A stretch of DNA of 64,000 nucleotides from Microcoleus sp. (GCA_042408215.1 JAYFMW010000030.1:320001-384000); one strand, 5' to 3'; positions 42,732 to 54,000 are shown, numbered from the stretch's first letter. The notes: a model not told the origin generated them from the letters alone. Made by a program: numbers and translations.

Positions 42732-43303
42732 GAGTGTCAAATATTTCCGGTAAAGGTCGATGCCCAGTAGGTAGCAAGACCCCGATCGAGTCTAATTACT
42801 AGAAACGCAAATATTGGAGTATAATGGAGCAAGTCCCTAGATGAGTTTCATTCCATTGTCATCGTAGTAGTTGAATAAACATCATTGGTCGAAAGATGGT
42901 CAAAGGTCAAACAGGATTTTCCATTACAACCAAGTCGGTCAAGGCGAAATTGCTTCGTTCTAGTTTTGATATGCAGCCCACCAAAGCTGCTTATAACGAG
43001 CTCGTTCATTTCTATTTCTTGCTGATTGCATAAAATCCTCAAGGCATTAGCATTCCGACCAAAGAAGATGGGGGCTGGCGTTACTACGAGCTCCTCACGG
43101 TTAATCAGCCTTTTGTGAAAGGCTTTCCTTCTGGGATGAAAAGAGCCGCTATTAGGCAAGCGATTGGTGTTTATCAAAGTTGGAACTCAACCTATCAAAA
43201 ATGGTTGAATCGTCCCAAGAGAATGAAGCACCACAAGCCACCTGTTCATCCCAGAAAATTCAACTTTAACCCTCCGTAGGATGAGGGAATGTGGAAAGAG
43301 GAT

Positions 43304-43797
43304 GAATTGGGAATTACGAATTACGAATTACGAGTGGTTGTTTGGATAAATTACAAATTTCGAGTGGCTTTTGGGAAGAATTAGGAATTAGGAATTACGA
43401 ATTACGAGTTGTTTTTTGGAGGAATTAGGAATTAGGAATTACGAGTTGTTTTTTGGAGGGATTAGGAATTAGGAATTAGCCCTGATAAATTAGGAGTTAG
43501 GAGTTGAAAATTACGAATTACGAGTTGTTTTTTGGAGGAATTAGCCCTGAGAAATTAGGAGTTAGGAATGAGGAATTACGAGTTGTTTTTTGGAGGGATT
43601 AGGAATTAGGAATTAGCCCTGATAAATTAGGAGTTAGGAGTTAAAAATTACGAATTACGAGTTGTTTTTTGGAGGACTTAGGAATTAGAAATTAGAAATT
43701 AAAAATTAGGAGTGAGGAGTGAGGAGTTAGGAGTTAGGAATTACGAATTACGAGTTGCTTTTTGGAGGAATTCGTAATTCCTAATTCGTAATTCCTT
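43304..43797. repeat. Composite heptamer expansion (GAATTAG/GAATTAC with GAGTTGTTTTTTGGAG spacers) and a short inverted arm
   Basis: Seen directly; ends in TTCGTAATTCCTAATTCGTAATTCC. Confidence 0.9.
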
Positions 43798-44143
43798 CCC
43801 GATTCGCGTCATGTAGCTCCTAGGAAGCGGGATTTAGGAAAGATTGCAATCAAAATGGACTCCACAGGGATTATTTCCCGTAGATTTGCTAAAACAGCAT
43901 GGGACTCTCTATCTGCTAGAGAGATTGAATATTCTAGGGCTGTATCTCGTGAACTTGTTGAGTTGGCAAATCATTGGCGGTCTGATGTAATTAGTTTTGA
44001 ATACCTTGGAAGTTTGCGACCCAAACGCGAGAAGTATTCAAGGCGTTAAAATCAGAAACGTGCTTACTGGTTGAAAGGCAAAATCTATGAACAAGTGAAA
44101 CGAATTGCTTACCAAGATTATGCCATCCTCACAACTCGCGTTA

Positions 44144-44254
44144 TATCAATTCCGGTTGCACCGTCAGGTGATGTTGACTGTTGACTGTTGACTGTTGGCT
44201 GTTGGCTGTTGACTGTTGATGGTTTGAACAATACCGATGCAACCGGAAACGATA
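44144..44254. mobile_element. TATC..GATA MITE (111 bp), TSD TTA
   Basis: Removal restores CGC GTT AGT CCC (RVSP) in the TnpB frame. Confidence 0.9.
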
Positions 44255-44482
44255 TTAGTCCCATGAATACAAGCCGCCTTACCCCGTGGGGTGAGCAACT
44301 GTGGAGAGGATGCAAATTCCCTTCAACCCTACTTGAATTTGATGGCTATCAAAATGGTGCTGCATTAGTAGCAACGGTTGATGGGTATAGATCGGCGCAG
44401 TGGCTTAAATGTGGCTCGTAATGTGGCGTTAAAAGCAATCAAGCGTAACATCCCAGAGGCTACGCTTAATCTGAAAAGCTAG

Positions 44483-44727
44483 ACGCAGTAATGCTTTAGG
44501 TGTGCAATCAAACTAGAACGGTGTTTAGCGACTCCACGAAAGATTGTACGAGGCTTGGGTAAACTGCCTAAAGATTCCTACTTCACTACGCTCTATTTGG
44601 TTGGGCGAGTCCCACAAGCTGAAGGAAGCGACTACAGAGGAGTCGAAAAAGTGAACCCTAATTGGAACCTTGGGATTTATTCCGATTCACTCCAATTATG
44701 GGTTACTCGTAATCCTCTCTGCTCAAC
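44483..44727 (+). ncRNA. Candidate omega/reRNA scaffold downstream of the TnpB-like gene
   Basis: Nested inverted repeats AGAGGA/TCCTCT and AACCCTAATTGGA/TCCAATTATGGGTT; ends in TCAAC. Confidence 0.4.
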
Positions 44728-44907
44728 GATTATAGATCGTCTGCGGCCAACTCGGAATAGGTGGAACACTTGACAAATTCAAAAAGTTGGAGCGAAAAAA
44801 TGGAGAGCAATATGCGTAAAAACACTCGGTTTTGCCCAGCCCAAGGCGTTTCTAACGCTCGATCTGGATGATTATAGTAAATTGGTAGCAAAGTAGGTGT
44901 CAAAATT

Positions 44908-45444
44908 ATGACTATAGGCAGCCCAGATTTTATATTACCAGGACTAGGTGTAGATCAAGCTCCGGAATTCCAACAACTAGAAACTCCCGAAGGTGAGCTG
45001 CACCTGCGGTTCTATGTTCCTTCGGGGAATGAGTTCGCATTGCCAGCCACAGGAATTAGAGAGGTACTTTCGCCGTCCCCAGACCGGATGACACCCATAC
45101 CCAACGTTTCGTCCTTGCTGTTAGGTACGCTAAACATGAGAGGACGAGTGATCTGGGTGGCAGATCTCGGCCAATTTCTGGGAGACCAAACACCCCTGAA
45201 TACGGATAGACCCGAAATCCCGATTATTGCTGTTGAAGACCAAGATACGATTTTGGGGCTAGCAGTCGATCGAATTGTTGGGATGCACTGGCTCGACGTA
45301 GAGCAACTGCACTCCCAGAATAATGCACCAGACGGCATGATGCCTTTTCTGAGGGGAGAATGGATGTTAGGTGAACAAGCAAATCAAGTGCTCCGACTGC
45401 TAGATCAAGTGAAAATTCTGCGATCGGCGCGGTGGGCAGCGTGA
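44908..45444 (+). CDS. hmpC: CheW-like protein (HmpC/PilI)
   Basis: FALPATGIREV, LLGTLNMRGRVIWVADLGQFLG, GLAVD. Confidence 0.9.
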   Translation: MTIGSPDFILPGLGVDQAPEFQQLETPEGELHLRFYVPSGNEFALPATGIREVLSPSPDRMTPIPNVSSLLLGTLNMRGRVIWVADLGQFLGDQTPLNTDRPEIPIIAVEDQDTILGLAVDRIVGMHWLDVEQLHSQNNAPDGMMPFLRGEWMLGEQANQVLRLLDQVKILRSARWAA

Positions 45445-45573
45445 AATCGATTTTAGATTTGCGATTTTGGATTGGGGTCTAATCACAAAAAGTCACGCTA
45501 GGCGCGCATCTAACAGTCAAGATAAAAATCACAAATCACAAATCTAAAATCTAAAATCAAAAGAGGGGGGCAA

Positions 45574-48500
45574 ATGACAACAAGTACCAATTTTCAGCAG
45601 GACTACCAACGGGCAGAAGCGGCATACATGGATGGGAACTACCAAGAAGCCGCAAACCTAGTGTATCAATTAGTAGAAGATTTTCCCGAAGACCCCAGCG
45701 CCCGCCTGTTGTGCGGACACATCTACTGCTATGGACTGCAACAGTACGAGGTGGCGCGGGAACAATACACGGTGGTGCTCGGCTTGAGCGACGACCCGAG
45801 CTTGATCGAACACGCTCACAGTGGCATTAGCTACACAGACCAATTTACATCGGGAGAATTGGCAGAGGAAAATTTAGAGGCTTTGTCTGCTGAAACTCAA
45901 TTGGAATTCTATTCAGACATATCTCTTGAGTCCGGGTTAGAAGACCTGGATCTGGGACTTTTTCAAGGGGATTCTCCATCCATGTCTTTTCCAAGTGAAT
46001 CGCCTCTTGAACTGGAAAATGGGGATTTAGCAGACCTGGGCATGAGCGGCTTGGGCTGGGAACCAGAAGAGGAGAATCAAGGGGTCGCGTCCGATTTAAC
46101 TGGGCACTCAAACCCCTTTACAGGGGATAGTGGCGGGATGGCAGCTTATGCTGAGGAGTCGTCGGCCCTAGACGAGGATCTCGGCTCTGGCTTTGAAGAC
46201 CCTTTTGGTTTCGACGAGGCCGGGTTCGATCCTGGTGTTCTTCAAGACAACTTTCAAGACAGCAAGGTATTTGGTCATCCAGAACTGGACCCCGGAGATT
46301 TGTTTTCAGAAGCCCCGACTCAGGTTCTCAACGGTCGGAGTTTTCCTGTCGCAGAAATCGGCAACTCGATCGAGTTGGGCGAACTAGACTTGGACAATGG
46401 GCTAAGTGACAATTTTGACGAAGCTTTTGCGCCGCGGTCGTTTCCAGATGAACTGGAGCGGCCCGGCGACCCAGATGACTACTCTGCTTCGCCCCAGACA
46501 GGTCAGAATTACAGCCGGAAAGCAGCATCAGCAGAAGATGCCGACCCCTTCGCCTCGCCGATGTTGGAAGATTTTGGTCAGCCACCTCAAAACAGGCATC
46601 CCGAAATCGACTCGGAGTATTCGTCGAAGTATTCGCAGGGGGTCGAGGAAACACTGTTGATGGGAGGTGCTGTCCCCAATTCTCACTCATCAAAGTCGAG
46701 CCAGGGACAATTTAATTCGGCCGATCGATCTTCGAGCAATGGTTACGGCAACTCGCAGCCCAAGGCATTGGACCTGCCAGACAGTTTCGACTTAGACGCT
46801 TTTGAGGAAGACGCTTTCAGCGATGCTTTCTCTATAGACGAAGATGAGCAAGCGACATCTTTCGGATCGGGGGAAAAGCAAATCAGCGACTGGTCGTCAC
46901 CAATGGGAAAATCTGAAGAACAACACAGTGGCTTCTTGGACGAATTTGATGACTTTGACGATTTGGGCAATTTGCCGGATTTTGATATCTCAGAAGACAT
47001 CAATGGTTCGATCCTAACTAGAAGTAACAACAATTTCGGTAACTCGACCATCGGTATGATGGGTTCGACTGGCAGCAACCTGGACTTTGACAACAGTGAC
47101 GGCTCGGCAATTCGGGACGACGAGATCTTTAGCATTTCTGGCCCCGCTGACTCGTCAGTCTCAACTTTTACTTCGAATGACGTAGAACAGATCGACACTT
47201 CAGTGAATGTAGAGCAGGGGGGACTGGCTTTCTTGGAAAATGCCCCTTTGTTTACCAAACAGTTGTACACGGCGATCGGGGCCGGACTGGTTTCTCTGGT
47301 AGCTGTGGCTTTCGTAACCAACATCGCCTCTTATCAGGCGCAGCGACAAGAGAAACCGGAGGCGATCGTCTACCTGCGCCAAACTGGCTGGGTAATGACG
47401 GCCGCCGCAGGCTTTACGAGCTTTATGACTTCTTGGGGCATCGGCCAGTTGATCGCCAAGCAGGTGCGCAAATCCTCGGACAATTTGCAAGCTCAGTTTG
47501 ATGCGGTAGCTCAAGGAAATTTGGACGCTCGTTCTACAATTTACTCCGAGGATGAATTTGGCAAAATGGCTGCTAAATTCAACCATATGGTGAAAGTAAT
47601 GCAGGCGACGATTAGCGATGCGAGGCGCAAATCAGACGAGCAGGAACAGGCAAAAGAAGACTTGCAGCGCCAAGTGATTCGCTTGCTAGACGATGTGGAA
47701 GGGGCCGCCCGCGGTGACTTGACTGTGCAAGCAGAAGTGACGGCGGACGTGTTGGGCGCTGTTGCTGACTCGTTTAACTTAACGATTCAAAACCTGCGAG
47801 AAATCGTTCACCAGGTGAAGCAGGCGGCTAGGGAAGTCAGCAAGGGCGCTACGGATAGTGCCAAGTTTGCGGGGGATTTGTCTTCTGACGCCCTGCGACA
47901 AGCTGAGGAACTGGCGGCAACGCTGAATTCGGTGCAAGTGCTGACAGACGCGATTCAGCGGGTCGCAGAGAGTGCTAGAGAGGCTGAAGAAGTGGCCCGG
48001 GGCGCTGCGGCAACTGCTCTGAAAGGTGGTGAGGCTGTGGAGCGGACGGTGGCTGGGATTTTGGAAATTCGAGAAACAGTAGCAGAAACTACGCGCAAAG
48101 TCAAGAGGTTGGCCGAAGCTTCTCAAGAAATTTCTAAGATTGTGGCCTTAATTGCGACGATCGCCTCGCGGACGAATTTGTTGGCCCTCAACGCCAGTAT
48201 CGAGGCGGCCAGAGCTGGGGAAGCGGGCAGGGGATTTGCGATCGTGGCAGATGAGGTGCGACAATTGGCAGATCGATCGGCTAAGTCTTTGAAAGAAATC
48301 GAACAGATCGTGATGCAAATTCAAAGCGAAACCGGCTCAGTAATGACGGCGATGGAAGAAGGTACGCAGCAGGTAATTGAGGGGACAAGATTGGCAGAAC
48401 AAGCGAAGCGATCCCTCGAAGATATCATTCAAGTTACTAATCGAATTGACGTGTTAGTGCGATCGATTACTGCGGACACTGTAGAACAGAATGAAACAGC

Positions 48501-48663
48501 TCGTTCCGTCGCCAGTGTGATGCAAGCAGTCGAGCTAACTGCTCAGGAAACGTCCCAAGAAGCGCAGCGAGTATCCGGTGCTTTGCAAAATTTGGTAGGC
48601 GTTGCGCGCGACCTTTTGACATCGGTGGAAAGGTTCCGAGTAGAAACAGCAGAAAGACAATAA
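45574..48663 (+). CDS. hmpD: Methyl-accepting chemotaxis protein (TPR, acidic linker, 2 TM, HAMP, MA; HmpD/PilJ)
   Basis: [37 protein letters not shown]. Confidence 0.93.
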   Translation: MTTSTNFQQDYQRAEAAYMDGNYQEAANLVYQLVEDFPEDPSARLLCGHIYCYGLQQYEVAREQYTVVLGLSDDPSLIEHAHSGISYTDQFTSGELAEENLEALSAETQLEFYSDISLESGLEDLDLGLFQGDSPSMSFPSESPLELENGDLADLGMSGLGWEPEEENQGVASDLTGHSNPFTGDSGGMAAYAEESSALDEDLGSGFEDPFGFDEAGFDPGVLQDNFQDSKVFGHPELDPGDLFSEAPTQVLNGRSFPVAEIGNSIELGELDLDNGLSDNFDEAFAPRSFPDELERPGDPDDYSASPQTGQNYSRKAASAEDADPFASPMLEDFGQPPQNRHPEIDSEYSSKYSQGVEETLLMGGAVPNSHSSKSSQGQFNSADRSSSNGYGNSQPKALDLPDSFDLDAFEEDAFSDAFSIDEDEQATSFGSGEKQISDWSSPMGKSEEQHSGFLDEFDDFDDLGNLPDFDISEDINGSILTRSNNNFGNSTIGMMGSTGSNLDFDNSDGSAIRDDEIFSISGPADSSVSTFTSNDVEQIDTSVNVEQGGLAFLENAPLFTKQLYTAIGAGLVSLVAVAFVTNIASYQAQRQEKPEAIVYLRQTGWVMTAAAGFTSFMTSWGIGQLIAKQVRKSSDNLQAQFDAVAQGNLDARSTIYSEDEFGKMAAKFNHMVKVMQATISDARRKSDEQEQAKEDLQRQVIRLLDDVEGAARGDLTVQAEVTADVLGAVADSFNLTIQNLREIVHQVKQAAREVSKGATDSAKFAGDLSSDALRQAEELAATLNSVQVLTDAIQRVAESAREAEEVARGAAATALKGGEAVERTVAGILEIRETVAETTRKVKRLAEASQEISKIVALIATIASRTNLLALNASIEAARAGEAGRGFAIVADEVRQLADRSAKSLKEIEQIVMQIQSETGSVMTAMEEGTQQVIEGTRLAEQAKRSLEDIIQVTNRIDVLVRSITADTVEQNETARSVASVMQAVELTAQETSQEAQRVSGALQNLVGVARDLLTSVERFRVETAERQ

Positions 48664-48804
48664 TTGATTGTTTAATGCTTTTTTTACTTGCTGATTTACA
48701 AGCACATTGGCTTGGAAATAATAAGAGGCAAAAAGCAACCTCGCAGCATTAAAACCGCTGCGGGGAAACCAATCCAGCACCTAAATAAACTAGGAGTTGC
48801 ACAG

Positions 48805-49641
48805 ATGAACGATAACATAGTAGAGGTAATTCCTGGCATCTTTGGTGAGATTCAGCCGACGGGCTGTATTATCTCTACTCTCACCAAATCTAGCAGTGGC
48901 TATGCCAACAAAAGACTGAGGATTAACGGTGAATGGAAAACGTTTACAGTTCACCGTTTAGTATTAGAAAATATCTTAGGTCGTCCGATTAGACCAGAAT
49001 ACTTTTGTTGCCATAGTTGCGATGTTCGCAACTGCATTAATCCTAACCATTTATGGGAAGGTTCTAGACTGGAGAATTCTCAAGACAGGTTTAGAAAAGG
49101 ACGGATTAAAGATGTAGGAAGTACATCTGCGCCTCAACCTAAAAAACTACCGCGAGGCAGAGAAGTAATTCCCGGCATTCGGGCTGAAATACAGCCGAAT
49201 GGCTGCATGATTTGTATCTTGGCTAAAAGAAGTGATGGTTACGCCATTAAGGGTACTAAAATTAATGGTAAAACTAAAAGTTTCTACGCTCACAGACTGG
49301 TATTGGAAAACAAACTGGGAAGACCGATCAAACCGGGTTATTTTGCGTGTCACAGTTGCGACGATCGCGGCTGTGTCAATCCCGACCATTTGTGGGAAGG
49401 AACTCCCGCCGATAACTCCCGCGATGCTATAGAAAAAAACCGCTTTCCTTTCGTTCCGGGCAAGATAGGTCCTAACCGCAAACTAAAACCCGAACAGGTG
49501 CAGCAGATTCGGGATCTTTTAGGTGAGGGGATATCGAAAAGAGAAATAGCCAGGACATTTGCAATATCTCGCAGTCAGATTATTCTGTTGGGAAGGGGAG
49601 AGATTTACCGAAAAACTGGGTCTAAAGCCCCGTCCTTCTAG
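48805..49641 (+). CDS. Free-standing tandem-HNH endonuclease with C-terminal HTH
   Basis: TAGGAG RBS; two copies of HRLVLE..LGRPI....CHSCD.R.C.NP.HLWEG...N; KLKPEQVQQIR...KREIARTF; last 10 codons come from the IS. Confidence 0.85.
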   Translation: MNDNIVEVIPGIFGEIQPTGCIISTLTKSSSGYANKRLRINGEWKTFTVHRLVLENILGRPIRPEYFCCHSCDVRNCINPNHLWEGSRLENSQDRFRKGRIKDVGSTSAPQPKKLPRGREVIPGIRAEIQPNGCMICILAKRSDGYAIKGTKINGKTKSFYAHRLVLENKLGRPIKPGYFACHSCDDRGCVNPDHLWEGTPADNSRDAIEKNRFPFVPGKIGPNRKLKPEQVQQIRDLLGEGISKREIARTFAISRSQIILLGRGEIYRKTGSKAPSF

Positions 49642-50948
49642 GACGGCTTTGTAAAGCTTTGCAAACATAGAGAAAAATCTTATATCTGCTGGAGTAATAT
49701 AAGGTGGGAGGTCAAACCATGCTAGTTTTTGAGTTTAAGGCCTACGGAAATAAGAGTCAATTTGTAGCAGTAGATGAAGCAATTCGTACAGCACAATTTG
49801 TCCGCAATAGCTGTATTCGGCTGTGGATGGACAACAACAAGATTGGGCAATACGACTTGCAGAAATACTGTGCCGTACTGGCTCATGAATTTCCATTTGC
49901 TGACGCACTCAACTCTCAAGCAAGACAAGCTAGTGCCGAACGAGCTTGGTCTGCCATCTCTCGGTTTTACGACAACTGCAAGAAGAAAACCCCTGGCAAA
50001 AAAGGGTATCCACAGTTTAAAAAAAACTGTCGTTCTGTCGAGTATAAAACTAGCGGATGGAAACTCGCTGAAGATAGAAAGTCTATAACCTTTAGCGACA
50101 AAAAAGGGATAGGCAAGCTTAAACTAAAAGGTACTCGCGACCTGCATTTTTATCAAATTAGCCAAATCAAACGGGTGAGATTGGTAAAAAAGGCTACGGG
50201 AGTATACGTTCAGTTTTGTATTGACGCTGAGCGAAAAGAGAATACTGAACCAACAGGAAAGACTGTCGGTTTAGACATGGGATTGAAGGAATATTACACC
50301 GATTCAAACGGAGTAATGGTTGAAAATCCCAAGTTCCTCAGAGCAGGCGAAAAAGTTCTAAAGCGGTGTCAGCGCCGCTTATCTAGAAAAGTAAAAGGTT
50401 CAAAAAATAGAGGCAAAGCTAGGCTGATTTTAGGAAAGCGCCATCTCAAAATAAGTAGGAAACGTAAAGACCATGCTGTGAAGTTAGCACGGTGCGTAGT
50501 TCAGTCAAACGACTTGATAGCTTACGAAAATTTGAGGATAAAAAATATGGTGAAAAATCACTGTCTAGCTAAGTCGATTAACGACGCTTCTTGGTATCAG
50601 TTCCGTGTCTGGATTGAATATTTTGGTAAAGTATTTGAGAGAGTCACGGTTGCTGTCAACCCAGCATATACCAGCCAAGAATGCTCTAACTGTGGTGAAA
50701 TTGTGAAAAAAACGCTATCCACTCGCACCCACGTTTGTAAATGTGGTTGTGTGATGGATAGAGATGAAAACGCAGCTAGAAACATCTTAAGTCGAGGATT
50801 GAGTACGGTAGGGCATACCGGAACTTTCGGACGAGATCCGAGCAACGCTTTAGGAGAATTAACCTCTACTTTGATTGGAGAAATCCGGTCATTGCAAGTT
50901 AGCTCGTAGAATAAAGAATCCCTGCGCGTTTACGCCAGGGAGTGTCAA
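49609..50948 (+). mobile_element. IS605/IS1341-type tnpB-only element inserted 3' of TTAC
   Basis: TTAC|CGAAAAACTGGGTCTAAAGCCCCGTCCTTCTAGGACGGCTTT left end; GAATCCCTGCGCGTTTACGCCAGGGAGTGTCAA right end. Confidence 0.9.
49719..50909 (+). CDS. tnpB: TnpB RNA-guided nuclease, intact
   Basis: GGAGG RBS; GLDMG, AYENL, DRDENAA; CSNC/CKCG. Confidence 0.93.
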   Translation: MLVFEFKAYGNKSQFVAVDEAIRTAQFVRNSCIRLWMDNNKIGQYDLQKYCAVLAHEFPFADALNSQARQASAERAWSAISRFYDNCKKKTPGKKGYPQFKKNCRSVEYKTSGWKLAEDRKSITFSDKKGIGKLKLKGTRDLHFYQISQIKRVRLVKKATGVYVQFCIDAERKENTEPTGKTVGLDMGLKEYYTDSNGVMVENPKFLRAGEKVLKRCQRRLSRKVKGSKNRGKARLILGKRHLKISRKRKDHAVKLARCVVQSNDLIAYENLRIKNMVKNHCLAKSINDASWYQFRVWIEYFGKVFERVTVAVNPAYTSQECSNCGEIVKKTLSTRTHVCKCGCVMDRDENAARNILSRGLSTVGHTGTFGRDPSNALGELTSTLIGEIRSLQVSS

Positions 50949-51016
50949 AGAGACCTGCTCTAAGACTCTACTAAAATAGACCAAATACAATAACGATTAA
51001 AATAAGGAATAAAACT

Positions 51017-54000
51017 ATGCAGCCAGAACAACAACAGAGGATCATGGGCTACTTTATTGAGGAGGCAAAAGACCACCTCAATACGATCGAACAAGGCTTG
51101 CTGAACCTCCAAGCGACGATCGAAGACCCAGAACTGGTGAACGAAGTATTTAGGGCTGCTCACTCAGTGAAAGGAGGAGCAGCGATGCTGGGGCTGACAA
51201 GTATTCAACAGACAGCCCACAGACTAGAAGATAGTTTTAAAGTCCTAAAAGAATGCAGCGTTAAAGTAGACCAACAGCTAGAGTCCCTGTTCCTGCGAAT
51301 TTTTGATACCCTGCAAGGGCTGTTAGAGCAACTGTCAGGCCCTTTTGGGCTGACAGAGGAATTGGGAGAACAGATGGTTCGAGAATTAGAACCAGTATTT
51401 GAAGAACTCAACGGTCACTTGGGAGGACTCACAGGACTTTGTGGACAGGACCTAGAGGAGGGCAACCATCAGCCGATACCTCCACAAGATTTTCGACAAG
51501 ATATGGCTGGGAGGGAGGCTGGGACAAGAGATTCATCTAACAGTTTTGTTGATGCCTCTGCGGGATACACTTCGAGATACACAGATTCCATAGAAGAAGA
51601 TAGCCCACTTCACCTAGTCTTTGACTCAGACGTGCCGGCGAGGATGCGGGAAATGCTGCAAGCATTTAAACAGCCCGAGGGAGTTCAAAGCCGACGGCTG
51701 CTAAAGAGCATTTGTCGGAACTTGAAAATAGCAGGCGAGGAATTTGAACTGCCACATTGGACAGTATTGATCGAAGCAGTAGAACAAGCGATCGCCAACC
51801 CAGAAAATACCTACCCTACCTTAGCCCCAACAATCATCAGAGACATCAAACAAGCCCAAGAACTGGTACTCTCCGGTCAAGAAGTGAAAATCGCAGTAGG
51901 GGCAAAACTCCAATCCCTACTACCAGTAGAACAAGAACCAGAAACCGACTTTGAAGACCTACTAGCCTTCGCTCAGCCCAGGACAAGAGAAGCAAACCAG
52001 GGCGCTACCGAAGATGTAGACCTTTATTTCAGAAACATCACCAGCCCCCGTGCCAGCGAACAAATGATGCCAACTATTTCTGGACTCAGTATAGACGAAC
52101 TATTCGACAAACTAGACAGCGGCGACGGGAACGACTACAACAGTGGTAAATCACCCCAATTTGACAACTCCCCAGGATTTGGAGAATCAGAAATCGAGAT
52201 AGGTTCCTTCAGAGGCTCAACACGCATGGGCCCGGAAGTCGGCGCAGCAGAACTCCACACCTTAGCAGACCTGTTCGAGGGCGACAGCCCTGAACTCGAC
52301 CACGCCTGGGAAGAAGCAGAAGACCTCGACTATGGAGCATCTTCTAGGATGTCCACAGAGGGAATGCTGTCGTCAGACGACGACGATAGCTCCGGCGATT
52401 TCACCGATTTGCTGTTTGACGAATACAGTACAAAAAACTCAGAAGCCAAGGCCCAGCCTCCGATAGACGACCTCACCAGTTTATTTGGCGAAGAATTTCT
52501 ACTCTTAGAAATTGGTAATTCTGCAGCAACTACCAGTAGAGAAGAATTAGATTTCAGAGAGCCTATAGCTGGAAAACAGCCCGCAAAAAATAATCAGCCT
52601 AGGGAATTCGATCGCCAAAGTAGAAACTCCCACTCCTTCAACGACCAGCCAGAAGAAGACTCCCTCGGTACACTGCTAGACGAAGTAGCAGCCCAAAGCT
52701 CAACCACAACCCAGAACAACAGGGATTTAGACCAATTCTTAGGCGACCTAGGTTCTTCAGAGTTTGCAGAAGAAGAGTTAACAGACACATCGGAGTATTT
52801 ACCCGATTTAGAATTAGACACCTTCGATAGGGAATCCAATGAACCTTTCGAGCAGAACGGCGGCAGCCAAAATTATGGCTGGGATGCAGAAGCAGCACTC
52901 AATCTACTAGAAATAGAAGATTCCTCGTCGCTCTCCACCTCCGGGGACGAATCAGACTTCAGCGATTTATTAGACATCAGCTCCGGTTTCCTCACAGCAG
53001 AGAACCAACCCCAGAAACTGCGAAACGATCGAGACCCAACAGCTCGCCACCCAGAAAAGGTAGCAATTGACAACTCCCTGAAGATAAAATTAGACCCGGA
53101 ATTAGAGGCATCCTTAGACCCAAACTGGCTGGAAAGTGCTTTTGGTCTAGAAGATGAGTCAAACTTCCAAACCAACCTAGAACTAGATGGTGCAGACCTA
53201 GACGCACTGTTTGGAAGCATCACCTCTGACCCGATTTCCAGCGATCGAGACTCACAGCCGGCTCTCAAGCTCCCACTGACGGGCCCCACATCCCAAGAAG
53301 CGGCAGATTTAGCAGAACTATTCGACTCCATACCTATCGGTACAGAAGGTTATGAGAGCGAGGAGGAATCGGTAATATCAGGAGAATTAGGCAAGGACTG
53401 GCTGAATTTTGAAAGCGACGCCGAATCGCCAAACGTAGAATTAAAACTACAAGATGACGACTTGGAGAGCCTATTCTCCGGCCCTGAAGTCGAGAACTCA
53501 GATGAACAGCTAGAAAACTTAGAAATAGTTGAACTTGAGTCCTTGTCCGATCGCAGAGGCTCTGAAACTTCAACAGCGGCAGCCGATGAGAGCAGCGCCT
53601 TCGATTTTTTGGAGGAAATGTTTAGCGAAATACCCTCTCTTTTGACGGATAGCGAAAGAAGAGACATCGAGGACAAAACCTCTCCTACTGAAGAATTCTC
53701 AACTGAACATCCCACCGGCTTAATAGATTGGAGCAGCGGGGACTTGACAGATAGAATTCAAACAGACACCATGAACCTCGACGAGGGCGATGACGATTTG
53801 TTTGATGCGCTAGAAACAGAGGATGCAGGAGGCGAATTAGAAAACTTTTTAACAGAACCGGATGAGCAATTGGGGGGTGACCTTGACTTATGGTCGGGAC
53901 TGGAAACGGGAGCAACATTCAACGGCCAAAAACTAGAAAGCTTCGATGAATTATTAGATTCCATAGATGCACAAGCCCTAGTGACAGCAGAACTAAGCAC

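Larger units (their letters stand above)
40741..42740 (+). mobile_element. IS200/IS605 element with divergent tnpA and tnpB
   Basis: Left hairpin GGGGACTTCAGTCCCC; right end GAATCTCAG...CTGAGAGTGTCAA; left boundary approximate. Confidence 0.8.
42896..44482 (+). pseudogene. Divergent TnpB-like pseudogene
   Basis: My translation: KRAAIRQAIGVYQSW...KHHKPP; ISFEYLGSL; TRVSPMNTSR; SGLNVARNV; stops, a frameshift, a MITE and a repeat block interrupt it. Confidence 0.7.
40497..44880 (+). other. Probable relic of a second, ORF-less group II intron (pieces 40497-40740, 42741-42800, 44728-44880)
   Basis: Colinear similarity to the intron at 36487: TCGTTTAACCTAAA, GTGCAG..GTGAAAGCATAACC.CTAGTT, GGTAA.GGTCGAT..CCAGTA.GTAGC; possible decayed domain V near 44801. 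Confidence 0.6.

Noticed and set aside
43304..43797. CRISPR array associated with a Cas12-like gene
   Set aside because: Low-complexity heptamer expansion with no unique spacers, lying inside the broken ORF.
48688..49641. IscB/HEARO system or group I intron ORF
   Set aside because: No PLMP or RuvC motifs, no HEARO-like leader, and no interrupted host gene around it.
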